A stretch of 64,000 bases of DNA. It comes from a virus (taxonomy: Duplodnaviria > Caudoviricetes). Where the stretch lies: the IMG/VR virus record IMGVR_UViG_3300034198_027116, positions 1,766 through 65,765 of that record, one strand, 5' to 3'. The notes beneath the pieces were generated by a model. It was given only the letters and a program-made list of their open reading frames with translations, was not told the origin of the DNA and did not search any database. The position numbers and the translations under genes are program-made. This document shows positions 6,411 through 15,440 of the stretch, piece after piece (the first letter of the stretch is position 1; each line of letters opens with the position of its first letter).

Positions 6411-7186
6411 GCGCCGTCGACGCATTCGCAGAGGCGCAGCGCCGCCTGGAGCAGCTCGAGCTGCTGGTGGACGAGCGCAAGGTGCGGTCCAACGCCAAGC
6501 CGTGGGACGGTAGCCTGCTGGACCTCGTGCAGAAGTACGTCGAACTCACCATCGACAACGGTTCGCATCACGAGACCGTGCGCTTTCGCGCCTGGGGCAA
6601 CCTCAGCGACAAGCTGAACGAGCGCAAGACGTTTCTCAAGCCTGCCTTCTACTTCGTGGACCTTGGCAGCGGATGGAACGCGCTGAACATCGCTCGCGTC
6701 CAGGTGTACTACGCCAAGGACGATAACGGTGAGGAGATCATCGACCAGCGCACGTACCGCTTCAACCTCAACCAGGAACTGGTCAGGGACTCGCGCTTGC
6801 ACGGTCGGGTCAACGAGCGCATGCACAACGTGATCGCTCGCAAGCTGGGCGTTCACGTCGACAGCCCCATGGGTTTGGCGTCTAGCGACGAAGCCATGGC
6901 AGCCGTCCTGCGCTACACGCGCAGCGGTGCCTACGCGGCGCACCTCTGCTTCCTGGCGCTGACCGGCACTGACCTGGAGCAGGACGCGTACACCGACGTA
7001 CTGGGCGTGCACCGCCAGCCGTCGTCGAAGTACACCATCCAACCCGTGACGCGTTGCGTGCGTTGCGCTCGCAAGTTGACGGCGCCTGCGTCCATCGACG
7101 CAGCCTTCGGCCCAGACTGCCAGCGCATCGTGTTCGGCTCCACCGAGGCGTACAACACGCGAGTGCTGGGAGGGAAGCGACGATGA
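6407..7186 (+). CDS. protein with C-terminal DUF6011-like zinc finger
   Basis: GGAGG RBS, GTG 6407; CVRCARKLTAPASIDAAFGPDC. Confidence 0.75.
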   Translation: MSAVDAFAEAQRRLEQLELLVDERKVRSNAKPWDGSLLDLVQKYVELTIDNGSHHETVRFRAWGNLSDKLNERKTFLKPAFYFVDLGSGWNALNIARVQVYYAKDDNGEEIIDQRTYRFNLNQELVRDSRLHGRVNERMHNVIARKLGVHVDSPMGLASSDEAMAAVLRYTRSGAYAAHLCFLALTGTDLEQDAYTDVLGVHRQPSSKYTIQPVTRCVRCARKLTAPASIDAAFGPDCQRIVFGSTEAYNTRVLGGKRR

Positions 7187-7380
7187 GCAGAAAGTACGAC
7201 CACGGGCAACCCTTCGTCAGCAACACCGAGACATGGTCCGAGACTGCTCCATCCAACGGGATCGGCAAGGGGCCATGGCGATGGCGGTGCATGAGTTGCG
7301 AGCGCACCAGTTCGGTCAAGTACAGCACGTTCGTCAACGCCCGCAACGCAGCGGTCACGCATCAGAGGTCACACAAGTGA
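7183..7380 (+). CDS. small C2H2-like zinc-binding protein
   Basis: WRCMSC...HQRSH; ATGA coupling. Confidence 0.6.
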   Translation: MSRKYDHGQPFVSNTETWSETAPSNGIGKGPWRWRCMSCERTSSVKYSTFVNARNAAVTHQRSHK

Positions 7381-7532
7381 GCCAGGACATCACCCATCAT
7401 CCAGACTGTCCCAAGCACCGCGAATGGCCCATGTGCTGCGGGTCGCCTGCCCAGGTCGAGGAGCACTTCGACGAGCACTTCGACGACTACTACGCCGAGG
7501 ACTACAACCTCGCAGAAGCAGAGGAGAACTGA
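7377..7532 (+). CDS. small acidic protein
   Basis: GTGA coupling. Confidence 0.5.
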   Translation: MSQDITHHPDCPKHREWPMCCGSPAQVEEHFDEHFDDYYAEDYNLAEAEEN

Positions 7533-7533
7533 C

Positions 7534-7764
7534 ATGAGCGACAAGATCTTCGATGGTGTCGATTGTTCCACAGTCCTACGAGGAGGCATGATGCGTCACA
7601 ATGTTCAGTTCATTGGCGACTACTTCGTCCACCACACCACGATGACTGACACCGAGGGAATGGACGAGGAGCAGATCATCGCCAAGGCTAACGAGTTGCT
7701 GAAGCAATACTACGGCTGGGATGTTGCAGCCGCATCCAACGATATCGAAGTGGAGGAAGCATGA
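7534..7764 (+). CDS. hypothetical protein
   Basis: GAGGAG RBS. Confidence 0.65.
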   Translation: MSDKIFDGVDCSTVLRGGMMRHNVQFIGDYFVHHTTMTDTEGMDEEQIIAKANELLKQYYGWDVAAASNDIEVEEA

Positions 7765-7982
7765 GCGTACAGATCGAAACGAATGCGGTCAGTGAGAACT
7801 TTGTCATTGACTACAGCGAGGAGCAGGTGACGGTTCGCCTGCATCCTGATTGCACTGGCTGTTTCAGTGTTCACGTTGTCGATGACACCGCAGAGACGCT
7901 AGAGTTCACTCTCCAGCATGATGGTGAGTCCTGCCCGGTCCACTCGGTTTCCACCGGGTTGGCGCCGCGAGAGGGGGCGTGA
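7761..7982 (+). CDS. hypothetical protein
   Basis: GGAGG RBS; ATGA coupling. Confidence 0.65.
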   Translation: MSVQIETNAVSENFVIDYSEEQVTVRLHPDCTGCFSVHVVDDTAETLEFTLQHDGESCPVHSVSTGLAPREGA

Positions 7983-8206
7983 TGCGCGCCGTGTGCAAGG
8001 TCATCCTCAACGACGAGCAGTGGGCCGAGGTGCTGCAGTGCTTGTGGTGGCAGACCGTCAGCAGCCAATCCTCGCACCTCGCCGCGATTGCCCACTCCGT
8101 ACAGGAGCAGGTAGAGCGCCAGCAGGAGGCCTCGCTCATCGACCTCGACCCACGCGAGGTCGAGTTGCGTCGGTGGGATGGCGAGCGCGAGGTGCCGGCA
8201 CTGTGA
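7979..8206 (+). CDS. hypothetical protein
   Basis: Coupled ORF. Confidence 0.65.
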   Translation: MMRAVCKVILNDEQWAEVLQCLWWQTVSSQSSHLAAIAHSVQEQVERQQEASLIDLDPREVELRRWDGEREVPAL

Positions 8207-8985
8207 ACTCGCAAGACCCGACGACCTGGCCAGCCTTCGCACTCTGCGCCGAGGCAGAGGCGCTTCCGCGCAACGCGGGAGAGCGCCTCTGGCAGCGCAA
8301 GGCAGATGGGTGCCGCGCTTACCTGACGAAAGAGCTGCTGATGTTTCGGGGCGGCAAGCCCACGCGGCACAACCTCGCCATCGCGGAGCGGATGCCTAGC
8401 GACTGGTTGCTGGACGGAGAGCTGGTGTCTCCCGCGCAAAACGTAGGCGAGTGCACCTCGCTCGTGGCATCTAGGTCCTGGCAGTCGCTCTCGTTCCAGG
8501 TATTCGATGCGCTGACGATGAGCGGCATCGACCTTCGCGTCCTGCCCTACTACAAGCGGTGGGATGCGCTCAACCAGGTCTTGCCAAACGACGTGGTAGA
8601 GGTGCACTGCCTGCCCAACCACGAGATGCCTCCCATCCCCGAGGGATGGGAGGGCATCGTGGGCAAGGACCTCAACGCGCGCTGGCAACCGGGGCGTACC
8701 CGTGCTTCCGTCAAGTGGAAGATCACCGGCGAGCTGCAGGCGATCATCACAGGCTTTAGCGAGGGCAGCGGGTCGTGGCGTCACAGCGTTGGCAAGGTGC
8801 ACTTTGGCCTCGCTAACGCTCAGGGCGAGATCGTTGAGGTAGGCGTCGCTGGCGGCCTCGGCACCTTCGATCGGCGGCGCTTCTGGGCAACGCCCGAGCA
8901 GTTCGTAGGTAGAGGGTGCGTCATCCGTCACTACGGCATGAACCGCAACAAGCTGCGCAATCCCATCTTCGTGGGACTGCGCTGA
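8203..8985 (+). CDS. minimal ATP-dependent DNA ligase
   Basis: KADGCR (KxDGxR), LDGEL, FQVFD, WEGIVGK, VKWK, OB-fold ending LRNPIFVGLR. Confidence 0.88.
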   Translation: MNSQDPTTWPAFALCAEAEALPRNAGERLWQRKADGCRAYLTKELLMFRGGKPTRHNLAIAERMPSDWLLDGELVSPAQNVGECTSLVASRSWQSLSFQVFDALTMSGIDLRVLPYYKRWDALNQVLPNDVVEVHCLPNHEMPPIPEGWEGIVGKDLNARWQPGRTRASVKWKITGELQAIITGFSEGSGSWRHSVGKVHFGLANAQGEIVEVGVAGGLGTFDRRRFWATPEQFVGRGCVIRHYGMNRNKLRNPIFVGLR

Positions 8986-9009
8986 AATGTGCCACATTGG
9001 CACGTTTCG
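8983..9009. repeat. 27-bp palindromic element, copy 1
   Basis: TGAAATGTGCCA-CAT-TGGCACGTTTCG. Confidence 0.8.
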
Positions 9010-9186
9010 AGCACTCGCATGAACTGCTCTCGCAGTCATGCTCCGATGCTTTCGCACGGAGGTTCTCGCTGCGCCAGGTGCCGCGCATGGCTTCTGCCGC
9101 TAGGCATATCAAACCCAACCCACACGGCCTTTACCCCAAGGCCGTGCGCGGTATCCTATAGGGGTAACTATCCACGAGGAGAGATT

Positions 9187-9735
9187 ATGACAACCGGAGA
9201 TGAGTTGCGCGGCAGATGCCGTGGCCTCAGCATCGAGCAGTTAGAGGAACTGATCGAGGAGCAGGAGAGCGACGAGATGCGCGAGGTGCTGGTGGACGTG
9301 CTGCAGCAGCGACGCGATCGGCAGACCGGCGAAGCACCCGCTCCCGCTCGCAAGAAGCGCGGACGAACCGCACTTCGCGCGGAGCAGCCCCGAGACATCG
9401 CAACCAACTCCGCTGACCTGTTCATGCAGGATGAGGAGCGCGCGGCTGCCTGGCGCGAGGCTCTCGTGGAAGCGACTGACGAGAACGGCAACGTCGCCCT
9501 GACCGGACGCATCGTGCAGCTGGCGGTGGGCGCTTACTACGCTGAGCGTCGCGCGCAGAAGCGCAAGCGAGTGAGCGAGGCAAAGGTTGTCTCCGAGGCC
9601 GCACCTGAGCCGGTTGCTGCTCAGGCCGAGGCCGAACCGGCGCAGCTCGATGACGTCAATCCCGACGACCTGCTGCTCTCGGCGGATCTGGTAGCGGACG
9701 GCTTCCTGCCCATCCGCGCACCCGGAGAGGAGTGA
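9187..9735 (+). CDS. acidic-tailed protein, possible distant paralog C
   Basis: GAGGAG RBS; similar layout to the 4348 protein. Confidence 0.75.
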   Translation: MTTGDELRGRCRGLSIEQLEELIEEQESDEMREVLVDVLQQRRDRQTGEAPAPARKKRGRTALRAEQPRDIATNSADLFMQDEERAAAWREALVEATDENGNVALTGRIVQLAVGAYYAERRAQKRKRVSEAKVVSEAAPEPVAAQAEAEPAQLDDVNPDDLLLSADLVADGFLPIRAPGEE

Positions 9736-9736
9736 T

Positions 9737-10141
9737 GTGGTCGCTCAGTTCGCAGCGGCGATAGCAATCGTACTTCTGATTGCCTTCATCATCGGTTGTG
9801 CGATCGAGCAGATTACGCCGGAGATTCACGTCATCGAAGTGATAGAGCGCGTTGTCGAAAAGCCAGCACCAACCACCGCCAAGAGCAATAAGTCAAAGCC
9901 GAAGCCCACGCCTCGGCCAGCAAGACCAACGCCAACAAGCCAGCCAGCGCCGCAGCAACCCCCGCCACCTACTCCACCACCGCCAGAGGTAGACGAGACA
10001 GACAAGCAAGCGCTGGAGGAAACCGCGATGGGTCTGCGCTCCTTGGGCTTCCCCGCCAAGACGGCAAAGGCGATGGCCGAAGGCACCAGCGGTACGGTCG
10101 AGCAGCGAATCAAGCAAGCACTCAACGGAGGTAAGACATGA
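9737..10141 (+). CDS. membrane-anchored Pro-rich protein with RuvA C-terminal (domain III)/UBA-like domain
   Basis: N-terminal TM helix; PT/PP linker; EETAMGLRSLGFPAKTAK...VEQRIKQAL. Confidence 0.65.
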   Translation: MVAQFAAAIAIVLLIAFIIGCAIEQITPEIHVIEVIERVVEKPAPTTAKSNKSKPKPTPRPARPTPTSQPAPQQPPPPTPPPPEVDETDKQALEETAMGLRSLGFPAKTAKAMAEGTSGTVEQRIKQALNGGKT

Positions 10142-10329
10142 CAGTCCTGGGACCCAACGACGATATGCGCATCATCATCGGAAACCGACCGGTGCGACGC
10201 GTCGGCGTGGATGTCTCGTTCGACGAGTTGATGAGCGGGATGATCAACCGCCTGAGCAACCCGCAGCATCGCATCGCAACCCCGCACGTAGATCGCCTCG
10301 GTCGCCCCAAGGCCGAGGACGGTGAGTAG
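10138..10329 (+). CDS. hypothetical protein
   Basis: GGAGG RBS; coupled. Confidence 0.6.
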   Translation: MTVLGPNDDMRIIIGNRPVRRVGVDVSFDELMSGMINRLSNPQHRIATPHVDRLGRPKAEDGE

Positions 10330-10335
10330 GGCGAG

Positions 10336-10509
10336 ATGTTCAACCTACAGGCCGAGGTCTCGGAGTGGCTCGTGCAGATGGTGTTCAAGCATCTGCAGAT
10401 CGACCCCGCAGATCAGAAGGAGTTCAATCGCATCATCACCGATGCGCGGTTCCACGAGACAGTTCTCTACTTACAGGAAGGTCAAGACGATGAACACACC
10501 GCAGGCTAA
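10336..10509 (+). CDS. small hypothetical protein (57 aa, not in the ORF track)
   Basis: MFNLQAEVSEWLVQMVFKHLQID... fills the gap before Ku. Confidence 0.5.
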   Translation: MFNLQAEVSEWLVQMVFKHLQIDPADQKEFNRIITDARFHETVLYLQEGQDDEHTAG

Positions 10510-11338
10510 GGCACCCAGCCGAGCCACCACCACGACCGTGCTAAGCCTCGGGCTAGCCAGCATCTCGGTCGAGCTGCTGACGGGATCGGAGGAGTCGCGT
10601 GTCTCGCGCTCGCAGTTCGTGGTCGTGAGCAGCGACGGCGAGCACCCGCTGCCCGAGTACCACCCGGTCGGTACCAAGCCGTACGACAAGGTCACCGGCG
10701 AGGACGTCAGCCGAGACGCCATCGTCAAGGGTGTGACGGTCGGCAGTGACGTCGTCCTCGTGAGCGACGAGGAGATGGCATCCTTCGGCATGGAGCGCGG
10801 CGAGACTCCCATCCTGGGCTTCGTGCGCCGCGCAGACCTGACCGCCGAGCAGCTGCGCTGGCTGGTCCCCACCAAGATCTACCAGGTGCGCCCCGCCGCT
10901 CTGCGCGTCGGCAAGGACAAGCGCCCCAACCGCTCGGCGCAGAAGCTGTTCACGCTGCTGATGGGATCGCTGGAGCGCAGCGACGCGTGGGCGCTCGTCG
11001 CCCTGACGCTGCGCGACGGCGGCGCCAAGCGGTACGGGATGCTCGACCATCACGGGCGCCTATCCGTGATGGCGTACGCGCAGGATCTGCGCGAGGAGGC
11101 TGACCTGCCGGTGATCGACACCACGGAACAGGAGCAGGCGCTGATGGATCAGATGATCGCCGGCAACGTCCTCTCGGATCTGCCGTCCTTCGACAACGAG
11201 TCCCGCCAGATGCTCGACGATCTGGTGACGCGCAAGCTCAACGGCGAAGAGATCGTGCAGGTCGCCGCCGTGACCGCGACCGAGCAGGAGCAGGATGTCG
11301 CTGAGCTGCTGCGCAAGAGCCTGGGGCTGGACTCGTGA
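10490..11338 (+). CDS. ku: Ku DNA end-binding protein (NHEJ)
   Basis: LSLGLASISVEL, DKVTGEDVSRDAIVKG, ILGFV, YQVRP, DLR...EQEQAL, KLNG...LLRKSL are typical of prokaryotic Ku. Confidence 0.88.
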   Translation: MNTPQAKAPSRATTTTVLSLGLASISVELLTGSEESRVSRSQFVVVSSDGEHPLPEYHPVGTKPYDKVTGEDVSRDAIVKGVTVGSDVVLVSDEEMASFGMERGETPILGFVRRADLTAEQLRWLVPTKIYQVRPAALRVGKDKRPNRSAQKLFTLLMGSLERSDAWALVALTLRDGGAKRYGMLDHHGRLSVMAYAQDLREEADLPVIDTTEQEQALMDQMIAGNVLSDLPSFDNESRQMLDDLVTRKLNGEEIVQVAAVTATEQEQDVAELLRKSLGLDS

Positions 11339-11604
11339 CCCTCATCGTACGCTACGGGGTCTCGCGCCAGCGTCCCGACTCGCCAGAGTTCTACTCCGTC
11401 ACCGAGGAGAGCGGGCAGCTGGCGTGCGACTGCCCGGGCTTTGTATTTCGCCAGACGTGTCGTCACGTGACTGCCGTTCAGCGCTATCGCAAGTGGCGCA
11501 TCAACCTGCCTACCGATCGCGTGCTACCGCCTCCTGCTGCTTGGCTAGAGCGCGAGATTCACATCGCCGGCGACGACGGTCAGACCGATTCAAGCGCACA
11601 GTGA
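11335..11604 (+). CDS. SWIM zinc-finger protein
   Basis: CDCPGFVFRQTCRH. Confidence 0.8.
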   Translation: MTLIVRYGVSRQRPDSPEFYSVTEESGQLACDCPGFVFRQTCRHVTAVQRYRKWRINLPTDRVLPPPAAWLEREIHIAGDDGQTDSSAQ

Positions 11605-11605
11605 C

Positions 11606-11634
11606 TTTATTCTTAGTACGCAGTATGGTATGAT
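11606..11634 (+). promoter_or_regulatory. early promoter P5
   Basis: TTTATT-17 bp (ending CAGTATGG)-TATGAT. Confidence 0.8.
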
Positions 11635-11660
11635 GAATCAAAGGGAAAGGAAGGGGTTTC

Positions 11661-12230
11661 ATGAGCAGGCGATACGTGATGAAGGTCAGCGAACTGACCG
11701 AGCTCGCCAGCAAGCAGGTACAGGCGATCAACGCGATCGAGCGCCAGGCCAACGCGCGCGTCAAGGCAGCCTACGAGACGCACGCCAGCGATGCGGTGCG
11801 CGAAGCGCTGGGCCGGCTGGACGTGCTGGACGACTTCAAGCGCATCGGCCAGCTGCAGCAGGAACTCAACGTGCTGCAGCGCCGGGTGCGCGAGAACCTG
11901 GGTGATACCACCCAGTCCTACGCCTACCACAGCATCGTATACGCCGCGAACGCAGAGGACGCGATCGCTGCGTGCTCTCGCTTCGGTACGCAGCTCCCGC
12001 CGTATCTGGCCGAGGAGATCCAGCAGGTCATGCTGGAGCGCGGCGTGCAGATCGCCCTGGGCTACAGAGCCCCGGATACCGCGCAACTCGTGCGCGAGTT
12101 CAAGCAGTGTCAGTCCTTGGCTGAACTCAAGAACGTCATGCACAAGCACCACCAAGAGGCACTGACCCACTTCGGTCCAGTACTCAAGGCCACCACGCCC
12201 ACCCACCAGGAAGGACACATCCATGCCTGA
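11661..12230 (+). CDS. coiled-coil hypothetical protein
   Basis: Strong RBS; first gene after P5. Confidence 0.8.
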   Translation: MSRRYVMKVSELTELASKQVQAINAIERQANARVKAAYETHASDAVREALGRLDVLDDFKRIGQLQQELNVLQRRVRENLGDTTQSYAYHSIVYAANAEDAIAACSRFGTQLPPYLAEEIQQVMLERGVQIALGYRAPDTAQLVREFKQCQSLAELKNVMHKHHQEALTHFGPVLKATTPTHQEGHIHA

Positions 12231-13272
12231 TCTGACCCACCTCATCCCCGCCAAGCGCTTCGGCAGCAAGGCTACCGGCGGCTCGTACATCTCGCGCCGG
12301 CTGCCCGGCTTCGACCAGCCCGACACCGAGGTGCTCACCACCGCGGTCAAGGAGGGCTGGAACGTGCTCAAGCTGGGCCCAACCGGCAACGGCAAGACGT
12401 CGGCCATCCAGGCCACGTGTGCCGACAACGAGTGGCCGCTGGCCATCGTCAACTGCAACGGCATGACCACCGTCGAGGATCTGGTCGGCCAGGTGCTGCC
12501 CAGCGAGGGTGCTGATCGCGACTCGCAGGCGCTCATCGACCGCGTGGCGAAGGCCAAGCAGCAGACGCTGGTTTGCAAGGCGAAGTCCGACACGCAGGGC
12601 TTCTTCGCCGCGCAGCTCGAGCAGACGCGTGCGGAGCTGGAGCTGGAGGTCGCCTACAAGGAGGGCGCGTCCGGGCTGGAGTGGCACGACGGCGTGCTCG
12701 TCGCGCTGATGAAGGGCGACCCCAACTACGAGCACACCGTGCTGCTCGCTGACGAGATCAACTTCGGCCCAGCCAAGGTGCTGTCCGTGATCAACGGCGT
12801 CACCGACGATCGGCGGCAGCTGACCCTCGCCCAGCACAAGGGCGAGGTGGTCCAGGCACACGACGGGTTCGCGTTCATGGCAGCCATGAACCCCAACTAC
12901 GAGGGCACTCGTCCGCTGAACAAGGCGCTCCGCGACCGGTTCCACCTCACGCTGTCCTACGACTACGATGAGGAGATCGAGGCGCAGCTGATCCCGAACG
13001 ACAAGCTCCGCGGCCTCGCCAAGAAGCTGCGCGACATGCACGCCAAGGAGGAGTTGCTGACGCCGACTTCCACCCGCGGCCTACTTCACTTCATGGAGAT
13101 CGAACGCGTGCTGGGCACGACCGCAGCCATCGAGTCGTTCGTCGCCATGTTCGAGGAGGACGAGCGCGCTGCGGTGCGCGAGAGCATGATGCTTCATCTG
13201 CGCGGTGGCGCAGGCACGACCCGCGGCGGCATCGGCCGCACGGACATCAACGACCCGAACGAGGTGCAGTAG
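12223..13272 (+). CDS. MoxR/CbbQ/NorQ-like AAA+ ATPase
   Basis: Walker A GPTGNGKT, Walker B LLADEIN, AMNP, ALRDRF, STRGL. Confidence 0.92.
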   Translation: MPDLTHLIPAKRFGSKATGGSYISRRLPGFDQPDTEVLTTAVKEGWNVLKLGPTGNGKTSAIQATCADNEWPLAIVNCNGMTTVEDLVGQVLPSEGADRDSQALIDRVAKAKQQTLVCKAKSDTQGFFAAQLEQTRAELELEVAYKEGASGLEWHDGVLVALMKGDPNYEHTVLLADEINFGPAKVLSVINGVTDDRRQLTLAQHKGEVVQAHDGFAFMAAMNPNYEGTRPLNKALRDRFHLTLSYDYDEEIEAQLIPNDKLRGLAKKLRDMHAKEELLTPTSTRGLLHFMEIERVLGTTAAIESFVAMFEEDERAAVRESMMLHLRGGAGTTRGGIGRTDINDPNEVQ

Positions 13273-15440
13273 TGGAGGCCGCCGACCAGCAGGTGCACGG
13301 CAAGCGCCACAAGGGTATGACGTCGGCTGAGCGCGAGCACATGCGCCGCAACGCCATCTGCGCCGTGCTCCAAAAGACGGATCGCATCCTGCTGGGCGAC
13401 GTGGACCTGGCCGTGCAGCATCGCGACAACCCGGACATGCCGCCTGGCTGGACCACCGGCACCGAGATCGTCGTGAACATGCACGCGATCCCGTCCGTCA
13501 CCGACGAGGACTTGGTGGCCCTGTGGGGTCTCAACTACCACGAACTCGCCCACGTGATGCTCACCCCGCGCATCAAGGGCAAGTTCCGTGACCTCGTGCG
13601 CGAGCACGAGTTTCGAGTGGCCATGAACCTCGCGGAGGACTGGCGCATCGAGACCCAGTTCGCCTCTCTGTTCGAGGCCGCAGACCGCTACTTCAAGTGC
13701 ACGTTCAAGAAGCTGGTGATCGACGGCAACGACGAGACCAAGGCCATGACGTACCCGCTGGCAGTGGGTCGGGTGTACCTCGCCACCACTGACCGCGAGC
13801 GCTACAGACGGCGCTTCGTCCAGGAGCACGCCGGCAAGACGCCGCGCGACAGCTTCAACGAGGAGCAGATCCAGCAGATCGAGGGTGGCCCTAACGCGCA
13901 CCTGCTCGACCTCGATGCAGAGGCGTGGTCGCTCGCTCTGCGCGACCTGGCCCATCGGTACGTGAGCGTGTCGTGGTCGCGTGACGACCGCGAGCATAAC
14001 CAGAAGCTCATCGGCATCATCGAGCAGATCAAGATCCTCGTGCCCTGGGAAACCTCCAAGGACGCCGACAACCACGGCATGCCGGTGGCAGGTAACGAGA
14101 GCGGCGTGTACGGCCCAGACCTTCCCTCGTCTGGCCAGACCTCGCCAGAGCTGGAGAGCGATGCGGCCGAGGCTGCGATGCGCGTCGTCGCTCGCAGCGA
14201 GGAGGAGGCCGAGCGCATCGCCGAGATGCTGGAGGAGATCGAGAACGCCAGCCTCTCCGACGCACCCGATGACGGTGCAGGCAGCGCGCCCGACGGCACC
14301 GATGGAGATACCACGAGTGCACAGGGCGAGGGTGCCAGCGGCGAGAGCCGGGTGGGTGGCGCCCCGCAGGACCACAACGAGGTCATCGTCGATCCCAACC
14401 AGTCCATCTCTACCTCTGGCGGCGGCGGCAGCGTCGGCGGCTCTACGGTATCGGGCGGTGCTAGCGCCGGCGGTTACACCGGCGAGGCCGTGCGTACCGC
14501 TCAGCTCAGCGACGAGCAGCGCCAGCTCATCGACCGGATGTTCTCCAACGACGAGCAGTATGACGCGCTGCTCAGCGATGAGGTGCGCGACGAGATGGAG
14601 GGACGGGCGATCAAGCGCGATCTCCAGTCCATGCGTCGAGCTGTCTCCGAGGCGCTGGGCGAGGGCATGCACCTGCGCCCCGAGGACAACGGCTCCCTGA
14701 TGGTCGCTCCGAGCGACGTGCGCGTCGAGCGCAATCGCCTCGCGCGTGAACTCAAGCAGCTGCGCGCCTCGCTGGAGGGCACCTACGTCAACGAGCAGCC
14801 GAGCGGCAAGGTCCACGTGCGTTCGTGGATCAACGCTTCTCCCGCGCAGCGCACATCGGCGTTCCGCTCCTGGCTGCCCGACGAACTCGATGCCGCTGGC
14901 ACCGAGGTGGTCGGGCTCATCGACCGCTCTGGCTCGATGTCGGGCGTGAGCGATCACGCGTCTCAGGTGACCTGGGCGCTGGCGTCTGCCATCCAGGAAG
15001 CCGATGGCCACGTGACGGTGATCGGCTTTGCCGATCCTGGCAAGGACGAGGTGCTCATCGGCCGTGAGACGCGGATGGACAAGCATCGCTACGCCTCGTA
15101 CGGCACGTACGGCGGTACCACGATCGCCCCCGCGTTGGTCAAGGCGCGACAGGTGCTCGTCGCCTCGCCGATGCCTAACCGCCTGCTCTACATCGTGACG
15201 GACGGCGGCTGGTCGGACATGCCGCAGGCTGCCGACGAGCTGCGCAAGATCAACGCGGCCGGCATCGACACGGTGCTCGTGCTGCTCGGCATGCATCTCG
15301 AGCGTGAGACGCGCGGGTGCCGCCACGTCGTGCAGGCCAACGACGTAAGCCAGATGGGGCACGAACTCCAGAAGATCGTGCGCCGCATCAACCGCGACGT
15401 GGTGCGCCGCGTCGCCTCAGAGAGGGGACTGATGGTATGA
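13272..15440 (+). CDS. vWA-domain protein with N-terminal HEXXH metallopeptidase-like domain (CobT-like AAA partner)
   Basis: YHELAH; MIDAS DRSGSM, GGT, VTDG; acidic/Gly linker. Confidence 0.88.
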   Translation: MEAADQQVHGKRHKGMTSAEREHMRRNAICAVLQKTDRILLGDVDLAVQHRDNPDMPPGWTTGTEIVVNMHAIPSVTDEDLVALWGLNYHELAHVMLTPRIKGKFRDLVREHEFRVAMNLAEDWRIETQFASLFEAADRYFKCTFKKLVIDGNDETKAMTYPLAVGRVYLATTDRERYRRRFVQEHAGKTPRDSFNEEQIQQIEGGPNAHLLDLDAEAWSLALRDLAHRYVSVSWSRDDREHNQKLIGIIEQIKILVPWETSKDADNHGMPVAGNESGVYGPDLPSSGQTSPELESDAAEAAMRVVARSEEEAERIAEMLEEIENASLSDAPDDGAGSAPDGTDGDTTSAQGEGASGESRVGGAPQDHNEVIVDPNQSISTSGGGGSVGGSTVSGGASAGGYTGEAVRTAQLSDEQRQLIDRMFSNDEQYDALLSDEVRDEMEGRAIKRDLQSMRRAVSEALGEGMHLRPEDNGSLMVAPSDVRVERNRLARELKQLRASLEGTYVNEQPSGKVHVRSWINASPAQRTSAFRSWLPDELDAAGTEVVGLIDRSGSMSGVSDHASQVTWALASAIQEADGHVTVIGFADPGKDEVLIGRETRMDKHRYASYGTYGGTTIAPALVKARQVLVASPMPNRLLYIVTDGGWSDMPQAADELRKINAAGIDTVLVLLGMHLERETRGCRHVVQANDVSQMGHELQKIVRRINRDVVRRVASERGLMV

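Noticed and set aside
13194-15362. 722-aa antisense ORF, and similar long antisense ORFs over the AAA, tape measure, sheath and GT genes
   Set aside because: Typical high-GC3 mirror frames of real genes; no motifs or RBS.
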